Assembly: GCF_018977255.1 (NCBI RefSeq)
Contig: NW_024704743.1
Span: 13,332,001 to 13,396,000, forward strand
Source: Callorhinchus milii
Lineage: Eukaryota
Direction of reading: 5' to 3'
Length of the DNA: 64,000 nucleotides
Of the stretch, positions 51,354 through 63,041 are shown one piece after another. The position numbers and the translations under genes are program-made. How positions within the stretch are numbered: position 1 is the stretch's first letter; every line of letters starts with the position of its first letter. The notes under the pieces were generated by a model. The model saw nothing but the letters and a program-made list of their open reading frames with translations. It was not told the origin of the DNA and ran no database searches.

Positions 51354-52924
51354 CATGTGGCATTGCTTTGTCAGGTGTCAGGGGCAGGAGGTTGTGGGTT
51401 CAAGTGCAGTGCTGAAGAAGTGTTGCATTATTCAAATGAGAACTTAAACCAAGGTCCTGTCGGCCTGCTTAGGGGAACATTAAAAATCCCAAGGCATTAT
51501 TCTAAAAGAGAATGGAATTTCAGCTGTTGTCCTGGCCAAAAGTCCCCAGGTAAAGTTGCTTGTTGTGGACATTGTTATATGAAAATTATCAGTTATGTTT
51601 GCCGTTTGGACTTTAGTGATATTTCTCTTAATAGAAATCAGTAACGGGACATTGTCTCTCCTCATTCTTCCTCCCAAAATGCATCACTTTGTATTTCTCC
51701 ACATTCAACTTCATCTGCCATCTGTCCGCCCATTTTACCAGTCTTTAAGCAGATCTTAAGCTTCCTGTGTTCAGATTAATAAACACTGTACAAATATTAA
51801 CTTTAAATGCGTAATGTGTTGGAGGCTGGTTTTCCAATATACATTGGTACCCATGTGAAGTTGTCCACTGAGGAATGGATGAATAAGCACAAAAAGTTTG
51901 TTGCATACAATTATGCTGATGGCTTATACTACCTGAGCAGATGCTGCCAAGTTATTATGCGAGGGGAGAGAGATGGGCACGAAAGCAAATATAACTGTAG
52001 TGCTCTAGAGCACTCATTCCTTACTTTTTTGGAGTTTCCAACGCTCAGCTACTTTGACCCTGCATGATTTTGTATGTGTACATGTGTGTGGCCTGGCAAA
52101 AGTGAGCTGTTGTCTCACCATAGAGATAAAAAGGAAAAAAAACATTTTTACTGTTTTGTGTTTAAAAAAAGGTTAACATGAAAACCGATTAGTGACCGCT
52201 GATGATGTTCAAATTACAAAAGTCCTTTTTTGAGCTTAGTTAAAAAAAATCTGCAATAATTGTGCCAAATTCAACACATTTGATAATCATTACATCAAAT
52301 GTATTATGAAAATGTAAATTGTTCTTATCAGATTTTTACATCCCATATTATGCCAAACCCCAAATGCATGCCAGATCAGTGCCAGTTTGAACCAGGCCTA
52401 CTTCCAAAGTAAATGTGTTGCTGCTGGTGTGTATGTAAGTAGATGACTGGTGTATTTATATTGCCATCCTTGTAATGAGACACTATGAGGTCCCATCTGC
52501 ATGTTCAGGTGAAGGAAAAAGGTCCGATAGCACTATTCAAAAAGAGTAGAGATTCCGGGGTCCGGGCCAATAATCCTCCAGATGAATTCATCATTCACTT
52601 CATGGCTGTTGATAGGGCATTGCTGAGCATTGACTGCTGCATTTGCCCCAAATACACAGTCACTACACTTCACAATAATTGATGTGAAGTGCTTTGCAAT
52701 GCTTTGCAATCTGCTACATCAGATGCAAGGATTATTATTATTACTGAACAGCAAAATCAGCTAGAGATTGCTCTGAATTCTTTCAAAGTGGAGCTTGGAT
52801 CTAACCTGATAACGGTGAGGGGTTGGAAATAGGGGGCATAAAATCCTGAACACTGGTAGCTACACTGAAATAACCATAAGGATATGATCTGTAATGTCCC
52901 ACAATACAGGGAAGGCCCACAGAA

Positions 52925-54076
52925 CAACAACAACAACAAGCTTCCATTTATAGAGCGCCTTTCACGTCGGGAGGACGTCCCAAGGCGCTGTACAGTTGGG
53001 TCAGGAACCGAGCAGGGGGGAAATGGTCAGGGTGAGGGGAGGGAAGGGAGGGAGCGAGGAGGGGGTAGAGAGTCGAGAGGGGAGCTGAAGGCACAGTCAA
53101 AGAGAAAGGTCTTGAGACCGGCCTTGAAGGAGGAAAGGGAGGAGGCGGCGAAGGCACTGGGGGATAGAGTTCCAGAGCCTCGGGGCTGAGAGGCTGAAGC
53201 CCGGCCACCGATGGTAGGGCGGTTGGGGCGGGGGATGTGGAGCAGACCGGAGCCAGAGGAACGGAGGGTACGGGCAGGTAAGTAGGGGATAGTAGGTTGG
53301 AGAGGTAGGAGGGAGCAAGGCCGTGAATGGCCTTGTAGGTGAGGATGAGGATCTTGAATTCGATCCTCTGGGGGATGGGGAGCCAGTGGAGGCGAGCGAG
53401 GGTGGGAGTGATGTGGTCCCGAAGCCTGGTGCGGGACAGTACACGAGCTGCAGAGTTCTGAATGACCTGCAGCTTGTGGAGGGAGGTGGCGGGAAGGCCG
53501 GCGAGGAGAGAGTTCCCATAGTCCAGCCTTGAGGTGATAAAGGCGTGGACCAGAGTTTCCGCAGCGTGAGGGGTGAGGTAGTGCCGTAGTCTGGCGATAT
53601 TCCGGAGGTGATGGAAGGCGGTGCCAGTTGTGGCGCGGATATGAGGGAGAAAGGACAGCTCAGGGTCGAACAGAACCCCGAGGTTCCTGACTGGCTTTGA
53701 GAGGTGGAGAGTGCAGCCTTGGATGCTGATGCTGTCAGCGCCTGAGGTGCGGAGGCGCTGACGTGAGCCAATCAGGAGGGCCTCAGTTTTGCGCACGTTG
53801 AGATGAAGAAAGTTGTCTCTCGTCCAGGACTCGATGTCGGACAGTCAGGCTGTCAGGACATCGGGGGTCATGGAGTTGAGGGTAGAGGAGGAAAGGTAGA
53901 GTTGGGTGTCATCTGCATACATGTGGAAGTTAACCCCATGTCTGCGGATGATGTCACCACAGGGGGAGCATATAGAGGGTGAAGAGGAGGGGACCGAGGA
54001 CAGAGCCCTGAGGGACACCACACGAGACAGTGCGGGGGCTGGAGGAAAAGCCATTCGTGGAAACAAAGTGAAGACA
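52925..54076 (-). mobile_element. Young 5'-truncated L2 LINE
   Basis: ORF 52948..53796 runs KTEALLIGSRQRL..SRLDYGNSLLAGLP..LQVIQNSAARVL..LHWLPIPQRIEFKIL. HMYADDTQLYL lies upstream. CpGs are retained, there is a (TTG)n tail, and ACAGAA flanks both ends (52919-52924, 54074-54079). Confidence 0.95.
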
Positions 54077-54237
54077 GAAGCCACAAACTGCTTGTGTTCA
54101 CATACTACACCACTATCAGCATAATCAGAGGAAGCGGACATGACTGTCTCCAGCACTTTTGCCTTTGAAGAGAGTGTTGGGGGTTGGGGGGGAAATAGGA
54201 TCATGGTCATCATCTCTCTCTGCAAACAATAGTAATA

Positions 54238-54890
54238 CAACAACAAGAAGTTGCTGTTATATTGCACCCTTAATGTAAAATAATTTCTCTCTGTGCTTTA
54301 CAGGGACAGGGATGGACTGCAGATGGAGTGAGGGGTAAGGGAAGGAAGTCTAAGCACGATCTAAGAGATGGTCTTTAAGGCGTGACTTTAAAACCAATTT
54401 GGGGGGAAGGGAGATAGAGGGATGGAGTTCCAGAGAATAGTAGCATAGAATTGGAAAAGTCAGCCACCAGTCGTGGAGGACACAGGACGTGGGACGTGCT
54501 GCAAGCCTGAGTTAGACAAACAGATCTTGCTCTTCCCTACCTTTGTGATCTGGTAACACCACATCAACCTGTCCACTCCTTCCACTGGCCTGCTCAATGT
54601 TCCCCGCCCTGCTTGCCTCACCATTGGCAGTCTTGCCTTCAGCTTTTCCTCTTCCACCCTCTGGAACTCCATCCCGGAATCCCTTTAACTCGCCACCTCC
54701 CTTGCCTCCTTCAAGGCCCATCTCAAGACCTTCCTCTTTGGCCGGGCTTTCGACCATCTTCCCAATTCCCCCCCCCTCACCCCCCACCCCATTTGCTACC
54801 CTCAAACCCTCTCAATTCCAACCCCCAAATCAGGTATAAAGCCCTCCGACATGAAAGACATTATATAGATGTAATTTTGTTGTTGGTGTG
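54238..54890. mobile_element. Two L2 3' fragments back-to-back (- 54238-54510, + 54520-54890)
   Basis: L2 tails at both outer ends (caacaacaag; ttttgttgttg) with L2 C-terminal sequence between. Confidence 0.75.
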
Positions 54891-55249
54891 GTTGATTTGA
54901 GCAATAGGGAGGTAACGAGATTTGCCTAATTATAACACTGCGATCGAGGCAAGGCTCTTGGTGATGATGTGTGCAAATTGGACATGTTTACTCACAACCT
55001 ACACAGTCTTACCGCTTTACAGTATATCCTATGAAACATTTTGAGACATCTTGACAATGTGCTAAGGTGCTATATTAAATGCAAGGATTGTTAATCATAT
55101 AAATGCACCATTTTATTTGCAACTTCCTTGCCCTTGAGACTCAGAGGTCATCTAAATTGTGCAAACAGAGCAATATTGCACACACTGTTTATCTCATTGA
55201 TTTTATCGTTTTTCGTTTCTCTCATGAAGAAACCCTTTGTGGCTAGTGT

Positions 55250-55835
55250 GACTTCCTGCTTTACTTGCGGGCAGGGGAGGAGGAAGAGACCTGGGCATTC
55301 TTCAATGTTTTAATATAAAGTTATTTCTCTGAAAGTTGTCATTGTACTGCCTGTTAGTGAACTGACGGCAGCAGTCACATCAAGCAGACTGGAATCCACA
55401 GTGCTGGCAGCAGCAACAAAGACAGAACCCTGGAATTCTTTCCAGAACTTGCAAATTCAGATTGCAGCAATTTGGCTCGTACTTTGCCATGTAAATGGAA
55501 CGCTCTGTTTTCTCTTTGTAAAATACGGTGTCCATTGTCAAAGATCAGGGATAAGGTCAGTGAAGAGGCGACTCCCAGGGGTGTCTGGGAGGAGCAGTTT
55601 GTCAATGGCATTATTAAAAGAGACAAAAGGAGAGTGAAAGTGACCTGCAGTTTAGCGGCTCTCCAGTGTGATGCAAGACAAGGAAATGCCATTCACTAGA
55701 AACAGGAAGAGGTGTTGGAAATTAGCAATGGAAAGTTTTAAAAGATAACATTCAGACTGGAAAATACCAGTAATAGTTGCAGACAGACCTGGGCTGTGCC
55801 AAAACAGTAAACAAATGTCCAGTTAATGATATTAG
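55250..55835 (+). other. Candidate alternative promoter/first exon
   Basis: Repeat-free segment starting near the ETS-like ACTTCCTG (~55251) and ending at TAG|GTAAGG (55835/55836). Signals only. Confidence 0.25.
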
Positions 55836-57974
55836 GTAAGGAATCCCTTTTAAAAGAGCCCCATATTCCCTAAACAATTTTTGGCAAACATTTTTTCCTC
55901 CAATGCAAGGACTTATTCCAGTGAGATTTGTGTGTCATTTTGCATGTGATGTCATTGTGCGCAGTTCTTCTCCAGATTAACAAAAGAGTTTGCTCAATGT
56001 TTTATTTTCATGAAGTGACGACCCTTTTAATTTAGATTATTGTGAACTGAACCGCCATTGTTTGCTGGTGTATTTTCCATGGTTACACCATTTCCAGGTC
56101 AGACATCCTATTGTTTTGCTAACTACTGTAAAGACCTGGTTACATTGTGTATGTTCCAGTTGGGTGAATGAGCACATGCAAAGAGTTCTGTTTCTCCCCA
56201 TTTGAGAATCCTACTATTCAGCTACCAGTTTCACTGTGAAAAGAATTTCTCCTGGTGTCTGGCCAAAATTTCCCAGATAGAATTGGCCATTCACTTCAGG
56301 ATGTTTTAGGGAAGTTACTGTGAGGAAATTGGCTGCCGTGTTCATCTACAAAATGCTCAGTTACTACACTTTACAGTATATATTTGAAACATCCTCCCGA
56401 CATGAATGGCAAATACAAGGATTACTATTGCTATTTATCCAGTCTTCCACTCAAACATTTTTAATGATTGCTTTCCATTATTTTCCTCCTCTAAAGTACA
56501 GCACCAAGCCTGACCCACACTGACCTCTTTAGTAGTGAGGGTGCCAAAGTCCATGCTTTTTCTCGCATGCTGTTCCTTGGTGAACCAGCCAGTAGCAGCA
56601 TGAGGGTTGTGATTAGGCTCCTTGGCTGGTTACTTCCCTCTGAGGGAAACCTGAATAGGAATCTTGGTTCATTCTGGGATTCAAATATTGTATCTCCAAT
56701 TTTACTTAGTGATTCAAACACTGACTGCCAATTGGGAAACAATGAATCTGCTGGAAAATTGCCACATTCTGATAGCCTCTTCCCTCCTGTATAACACAAT
56801 TATGATACCCAATTTATCCTAGGCATATAGTTAAAATTTGTAAACCCATTTTTTCGCTTTCTTCTGTGAGCAATTGGCTGCTGCTTTTCGCCCACAAAGT
56901 ACACAGTCACTACACTTTACAGTATATTCTGTGAAATCTTTGAGAATTCTCAATGACGTGATAAGGCACTGTATCAAATGCAAGGATTATTATTATTGTC
57001 ATTATTATTTCCCTGAAGAGCGTTTTGGCCCAGTCATTCAGAGCAGACAGGCTCCTGTGTGCATGCCTCTACTCTCGCTTTAGCATGCTGCAGATTCCTG
57101 CTGCCTGTACCACTATGCCAGATGGCTGCTTGTTAGCCAGACCCCATCAGGCTTAAGGCTACTTCATTCTGGTTGAGCGCCAATCGGGCAGAGTGCCTGT
57201 TGAATTAACAAAATAATACCTCGTATGTACCTTGCTATTCATTTCTTTCACACATGGCCCTTTGCTTTCTCCAGTGGGCAGAAACCTCCTGCATCCAGGC
57301 TCTTTTGAGAACTGAGCTTCATTTAATCACTTTGCGCTGAAGCAGATTCTTTTCCTGCTTATTTGTCTCTAGCTGATTCAACAGGCAGGGCAAATATTAA
57401 TAAAATTCCTGTGAAAACAAACACAGGGAAGAGCTACCAATGGCAGGAACTTTGCAATCTGCATGTAGATGTAAAAGTGTTATTGCAGTAGGCAATTAGA
57501 TGCCGTTGTCCATTGTTTGTCGATGTTAAGTTGTATGTGATTAAAAAAAACAGGGTGAAGTATCTTCACGTCTGTCCTTTGAATGAGACATTAAACTGAA
57601 GCCTCATCTGCCTGTACAGGTGGAAATTCAAGATTCCGTGGCAGTTTTTCGAAAAGAGTAGGGAATTTCTGCAGACGAAATGGCTGTAAAGATTCCCCAG
57701 ATCTCACCTGTGATTCAGATAAAGAAGCCATTGTGCTCAGTTAATCTTCTTCTCAATTCTGATGGATGAGCTTCTGTGTGAAATATGTCTGGGCAGGCTC
57801 ACAAGCTTCCTAATGTCCAAAAGCTTACAAACAAAACTGACCCTAATTTGCTCTTAATTGGAGTGAGGGCATGTAGATACTTATAATATATTGTGTGCTG
57901 TGAATTTATCATTGCATCCTGAATCTCTTCGATCTACTTCTCCTCTACTGTCTACTATTGGGATTTGAACAGGC

Positions 57975-58235
57975 TGACTCAGTTGGCTAGCCTCTGAGTC
58001 AGAACTTTTAAGCGTTCAAGTCCCAAGTTGGGACATTCAGCTCACAATCTCCAATGGCACGCTGGTAGTCATTCACTTCATGGCTGTTGTGGAACATTGC
58101 TGAGTGCAAATTGGCTGTCATGTTCACTTACAAAATACACAGTCACTACACTTTATAGTAAATTCTGTGAAGTGCTTTGAGGTGCCTAGCTGTCATGATA
58201 AGATATTGTAATAAGGGCAAGGATTATTATTATTT
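57975..58235 (+). mobile_element. Internally deleted DeuSINE-like element
   Basis: Decayed head (ctcagttggctagcctctgagtcagaa) joined to a Deu-like body and (TTA)n tail. Confidence 0.7.
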
Positions 58236-59089
58236 AATTGCTTGATGCTGGGGTAGGTTGTTACCAGGTTCTATTGTATAGGAGTTGGAATCGCAATTTG
58301 TTTCAGAGCAACATGTGATATGAGAATAAGCTTTCTCATCTTACACTAATCTTTAAGAGTTCCGAGGACCTTTCAAAACCTCTGGGGGACATTCTATTTA
58401 GGTACTAAAGTAACTAAAAATTCAAAGAAAGTATTTGATTGTTTTTGTATTTACATGAAATCTATATTTAATATCCAATACAAAGTGTATGTGGGTTGAC
58501 ACTCCTATCTAGCATTGTTGAAGGTGATGGTTCTTCAAATGGGACATAAACATAATAATAATAATAATTTGATAAAGCGCCTTTCACGTTAGGAAGATGT
58601 TTCAAAGTGCTTCACAAGATTTACCGTAAAGTGCAGTGATTGTGTATTTAATAGTAATAATCCTTGCATTTGATATCATGCCTTATCATATCGTTGATAT
58701 GTCTCAAAGCACTTGACAGAATATACTGTAAATTGACTGGATATTTTGTTGGTGAAAGATGTGGTGGATGTGAAAAGATCCTACATCTCTATTTTGGGGA
58801 GGCTCTCGTGGTATCCTAGCCAATATTCCTTTTTCAGAGAAAGATCAGAATTGGCTATTGATACAATTTTGTTTGTGGTCCCAGATTAGCTGCTTTTGCA
58901 CTTGTGGGGCAATTTGAGACATATCAGCTTGATAACAAATACAAGCGTAATTAATGACCGTATAACTGGGCTGGGTGTTGATCACAGAATCTTGTGAACT
59001 GGATGAAAGTACTACCCTGCTACTGTGCACTGAGGTATACACAGTCGTCATGCTAATGAATTGAAGGGTCTGTTACGAAGAGTCTAGCC

Positions 59090-59135
59090 ATGAGGTACGC
59101 TTACAATCAGATGTGTGTATGGAGAGAAACAAGAG
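59090..59135 (+). other. Candidate alternative first coding exon (MRYAYNQMCVWRETR + 1 nt)
   Basis: gccATG context, open to the GAG|GTGAGT donor, phase 1, repeat-free context. No homology recognised. Confidence 0.35.
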
Positions 59136-59561
59136 GTGAGTCTGTCGGAAACAGTTCTTCTGTGTTACAAAGAGAGAGCCTGTTGTTTGAAAGCTGCAAT
59201 GCAGCTCCATCACCCGGAATGTGCTGTCCCTCCGACTGTCACATCGCTTTGAATTCTCACAGGACAAAGGGGAAATTGAATTTTTTTAGAAGAAGAGATG
59301 TCAGCGGGGAGGTCGGCAGAGGAGACTGTAAACAGAAAACGTTTTGTTTCTTGCTCAGTTTCATGTGGAGAAACGTGAGGTGAATGGCTTTGAAATCAAT
59401 CCATGTTATGAAGTCTTTTTTTTGGATGGTTGCTAGGTCACTGGGATAGCATTTGCAGAACTCGCTTTGTGAGCTTCAAATTGTCTTTTTTATATAATAA
59501 AATATCCAAGCCTGTCTAATCTGACAAAGAATTCACTCTTCTCACAGATTTTTAAAAAAAT

Positions 59562-60611
59562 ATATGGAATGTCACAATCACAGTATATGTGTTGATCTCT
59601 CCTTTTCTAGTCAAACAGTATTATCTTGTCTGTGTGTCTGCGAGTATGTGGATTCCTTGTCTTGCCCCCCAAAATCTGGATGTCACAATCACTCTTTCCT
59701 GTTAATTCTTTCTTTCTAACATCATCTTCTCCACATTTTGGATGTCAGCATAACCTTTAATGTGCTCCAGTGCTCTGGTCAAATGTTCACCTGAGGACTG
59801 CAAATGTGCTCCTGATATTCACAACAGTACAGCCTCCTGTGTTTATGGAGCTCTTAGAAACATTCATTAGAAACATTCATTCATTAACATTCATTATGTG
59901 GATTCTTCTTCCCAAAAAATGTGGATGTCACAATCACACTTTTCCTGTTAATCCTTCTTTTTCTGAACAACAACTTGTATTTATATAGCAGTCGTCACGC
60001 GGGGTAGCGTCCCAGAGCCCGTGACAGTGGCGGAGCCAGTGGGAGGCGACTGTAGGCATGGTCGAATAGGAAGGTCTTCAGACGTGAATTGAAGATGGGG
60101 AAGGATGGGGCAAGGCGGAGGGATAGAGGAAGAGTGATCCAGTGTTTTGGGGCGTTGTGGCTGAAAGTGCCGTCATCAATGATGAAACTGAGGAGGGCAC
60201 AAGGGACATGCAGGAGGCTGGAGCCAGTTGAGCAGAGGCAGCGGTTTGTGGGTTAAGCAGGTTGGAGAGGTAGGGAGGTGCCAGGGCAATGCAGTGATTT
60301 GGAAACGAGTGTGAGGACCTTGAAATCGATCCATTTGGTGATGGGGAACCAGTGGAGCCTGGCTAGAACTGGTGTGATGGGGGTACGGAGTTTAGTACGG
60401 GTGAGTATGCGGGCGGCAGTGTTTTGGATCAGCCGGATCATATGCATGGAGTCTAAAGTCCCCAAGAAGTTTGAAGAGGGGCAAGTGCTCCCTTGTGTGT
60501 CTGGGTTGGAGTGGGAGGGAGGGAAGGAGGATGCTATCTTGTCTACAGATATGTGGATTCCCTCTCTTCCCCCAAAAATCTGTATGTCAATCACACTTAA
60601 TTCATTTTCTA
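59562..60611 (+). repeat. Local ~65-70 bp degenerate direct repeat, 4 copies
   Basis: atgtggattc..cccaaaa.tYtggatgtcacaatcac..ttaatYc..tttct at ~59646, 59896 and 60551, with a partial copy at 59562. Confidence 0.75.
59966..60437 (-). mobile_element. L2 3' fragment of a further subfamily
   Basis: IQNTAARILTRTKLRTPITPVLARLHWFPITKWIDFKVLTL. The tail aacaacaacttgtatttatatagc is followed by a different stem-loop. Confidence 0.88.
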
Positions 60612-60657
60612 AAAAAAAATCCCCCCCAAATGTTTGAAGAGAGTCAAGTGGTCCCTT

Positions 60658-61243
60658 GTGTGGGTGTGTGTGTGTGTGTGGGGTGGGGTGTGGTGGTTGT
60701 GTGGGGTGGGGGTGGGGTGTGTGTGGGGGTGGGGTGTGTGTGGGGGTGGGGTGTGTGTGGGTGGGTGTGTGTGTGGGGGGGGTGGGGTTGGGGTGTGTGT
60801 GTGGGGGGGTTGTATGTGTGTGTGTGGGGGGGGTTGTGTGTGTGTGAGTGGGGTGTGGGGTTGTGTGTGTGTGTGGGGGGGGTTGTGTGTGTGGCGATGG
60901 GATGTGTGTGTGTGGGGGATGTGTGTGTGTGTTTGGGATGTGTGTGTGGGTGGTTGGGGTGTGTGTGGGGGTGGTGGAGTGTGCGTGGGGGGTTGGGGTG
61001 TGTGTGGGGTGAGGGTGTGTGTGGTGTGTGTGTGTGGGTGGGGTGTGTGTGGGTGTGAGGGGGTATGTGTGGTGGGGGTGTGTGTGGGTGGGGTGTGTGT
61101 GGATGTGAGGGGGGTATGTGTGGTGGGGGAGGTGTGTGGGGTGGGGTGTGTGTGGGTGTGAGGGGGGTGTGTGTGGTGGGAGGGGTGTGTGGGGTGGTGT
61201 GTGTGTGGGTGTGAGGGGGGTATGTGTGGTGGGGGGGGTGTGT
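60658..61243. repeat. (GT)n/G-run mixed simple repeat, cut by an assembly gap
   Basis: Nearly pure G/T tract ending at Ns. Confidence 0.95.
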
Positions 61244-61268
61244 NNNNNNNNNNNNNNNNNNNNNNNNN
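61244..61268. other. Assembly gap (25 N)
   Basis: Run of n. Confidence 0.99.
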
Positions 61269-62397
61269 ATTTGGTCCTCCCAACAAGCCATCCATCCAAA
61301 TCTCAATTCCCCGCTCTTTCCCTTTACGCCGCCTCTGCATAATTACTCCTTTATTCTTTTAAATGCTGTAATCAACTCTGCTCTCACAGCCAACTCCAGC
61401 AAAGAGTATTCTGTACTCTGCCTACCTCTGTGAGAATTAGCGACAGTGAAATTCAGACACCAAGAAATAATGTCTACTCAAGGCACGATTAATGTTGTTT
61501 AATATCCCCTTGCAAGGAGGAAGGGTGGGAGATATTGAGGATGTTTATGAAACTTTACAACAAGTCTCTCTTAACTGATGCGGTCTTTGCCTCAATAAAC
61601 AGGTGTGCCAAAGCATGTCTGTCTTGTTCTATATGAACAGAAATCTTCTAACCCCCCACATCCACCTTAACTTCTCCTATGACAGTTCCTGAGCTGATCC
61701 ACTCTTGTTACAGATTTACACCCAACTTTAATAATCTACTACTACATGTATATATCCTATTAAATCTTTCAGAATTAAGAAGACATCTATTAGATCCCTT
61801 CTTGAGCTCTGTACCCTGTTTTTCAAATATTGTATAACCCAATTGCTCATCCCTGGTAGCATCTTTGAACCTAAGCTGTACGCTCTCCACAACTCTGATG
61901 TTCTTTTTTTCATAAGGCACCTAGAGTAGCACATAGTGCTATCAACACCTGCTAACGGATGTCTTGTATTAGTTTAATGTTACCTCTTTTGCATTCTGCT
62001 TCAATGCATCACACTTGGAACATGCCACTGAGTGTAAAATATCTAAAAAAAAATGATGTGTGGAAAGTTTGAAAGTAGCTTTTCCACATTAGAAAATGTA
62101 ATTTGAGAAAGTTGGCTGTTTACTGATACTCATTCCCTGTGTTGATGGAAAGTCTGCAGCTTTTTAGGTCTGTTATCAAATGAAATGGGAGGAATGTGGC
62201 ACAGTAGCATTCCCAGCATAACATGTAAAATCACCTAGTGTATGAAACACCGGGAAGTTCGTACCCCACCAGTATCCATGGGACCAGCATGGTATCTGTT
62301 GGCAACAAGTTTGGGAATCTGCTTTGCAGAGAAAGCATCAGATTTAATTGTTGTTCAGTGCAGAATGCAGTTTGACCAGATATGATGGATACTTTGT

Positions 62398-63041
62398 GGA
62401 GTCCTGTAGCTCAGTGGTTAGAGCACTCGCTTTGCAAGCGAGACACCTGGGTTCAATTCCAGGCAGGGGGAAACCTTGAACAAATTTCGCTACTCCACAC
62501 GCCTAATAATAATCCCTCCAAAAAACAAAACATTAATAAATTGGTCATTTTCAATCCACCACTGTTTGTGGGACACTGCTGTGCGCAATTGGCTGCCGCA
62601 TTTCGCCCACAAATATACAGTCAATTCACTTTACAGCATATTCTTTGAAGTGCTTTCAGACATCTAAAAGACGTGAAAAGCGCTATATCAAATGCAAGGA
62701 TTATTATTATTACTTGCATTCGATATAGCACCTTATCACGTCTTCAAGACAATCTCGAAGCACTTCACAAAATATACTGTAAAGTGAATTGACTGTATAT
62801 TTTGTAGGTGAAACGTGACAGCCAATTGTACACAGCAGTGTCCCACAAACAGTTGTGGATTGAGTGACCAATTTATTTTTGAAGGAATTATTATCCCCGG
62901 ATAAGTGATTTTCCAATCGACTAACAACCGGTTTCCTACTTACTGCTAGGTAATCAGAGGCATGTGGAGTAAGGAAACTTGCCCAACATTTCACCTTGCC
63001 GGGAACCAAACCCGACTCTCACTTGCAAGGCACTGAGCTAC
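62398..63041. mobile_element. Tail-to-tail SINE pair (short + 62398-62712; long - 62712-63041)
   Basis: tgcaaggattattattatta runs directly into cttgcattcgatatagc, and heads lie at both outer ends. Confidence 0.9.

Noticed and set aside
59562..60611. CRISPR-like array
   Set aside because: Vertebrate context, long divergent units, irregular spacers and no cas genes.
60253..61340. His/Thr/Pro-rich ORFs up to 348 aa
   Set aside because: A GT simple repeat read through an N gap into an L2 fragment.
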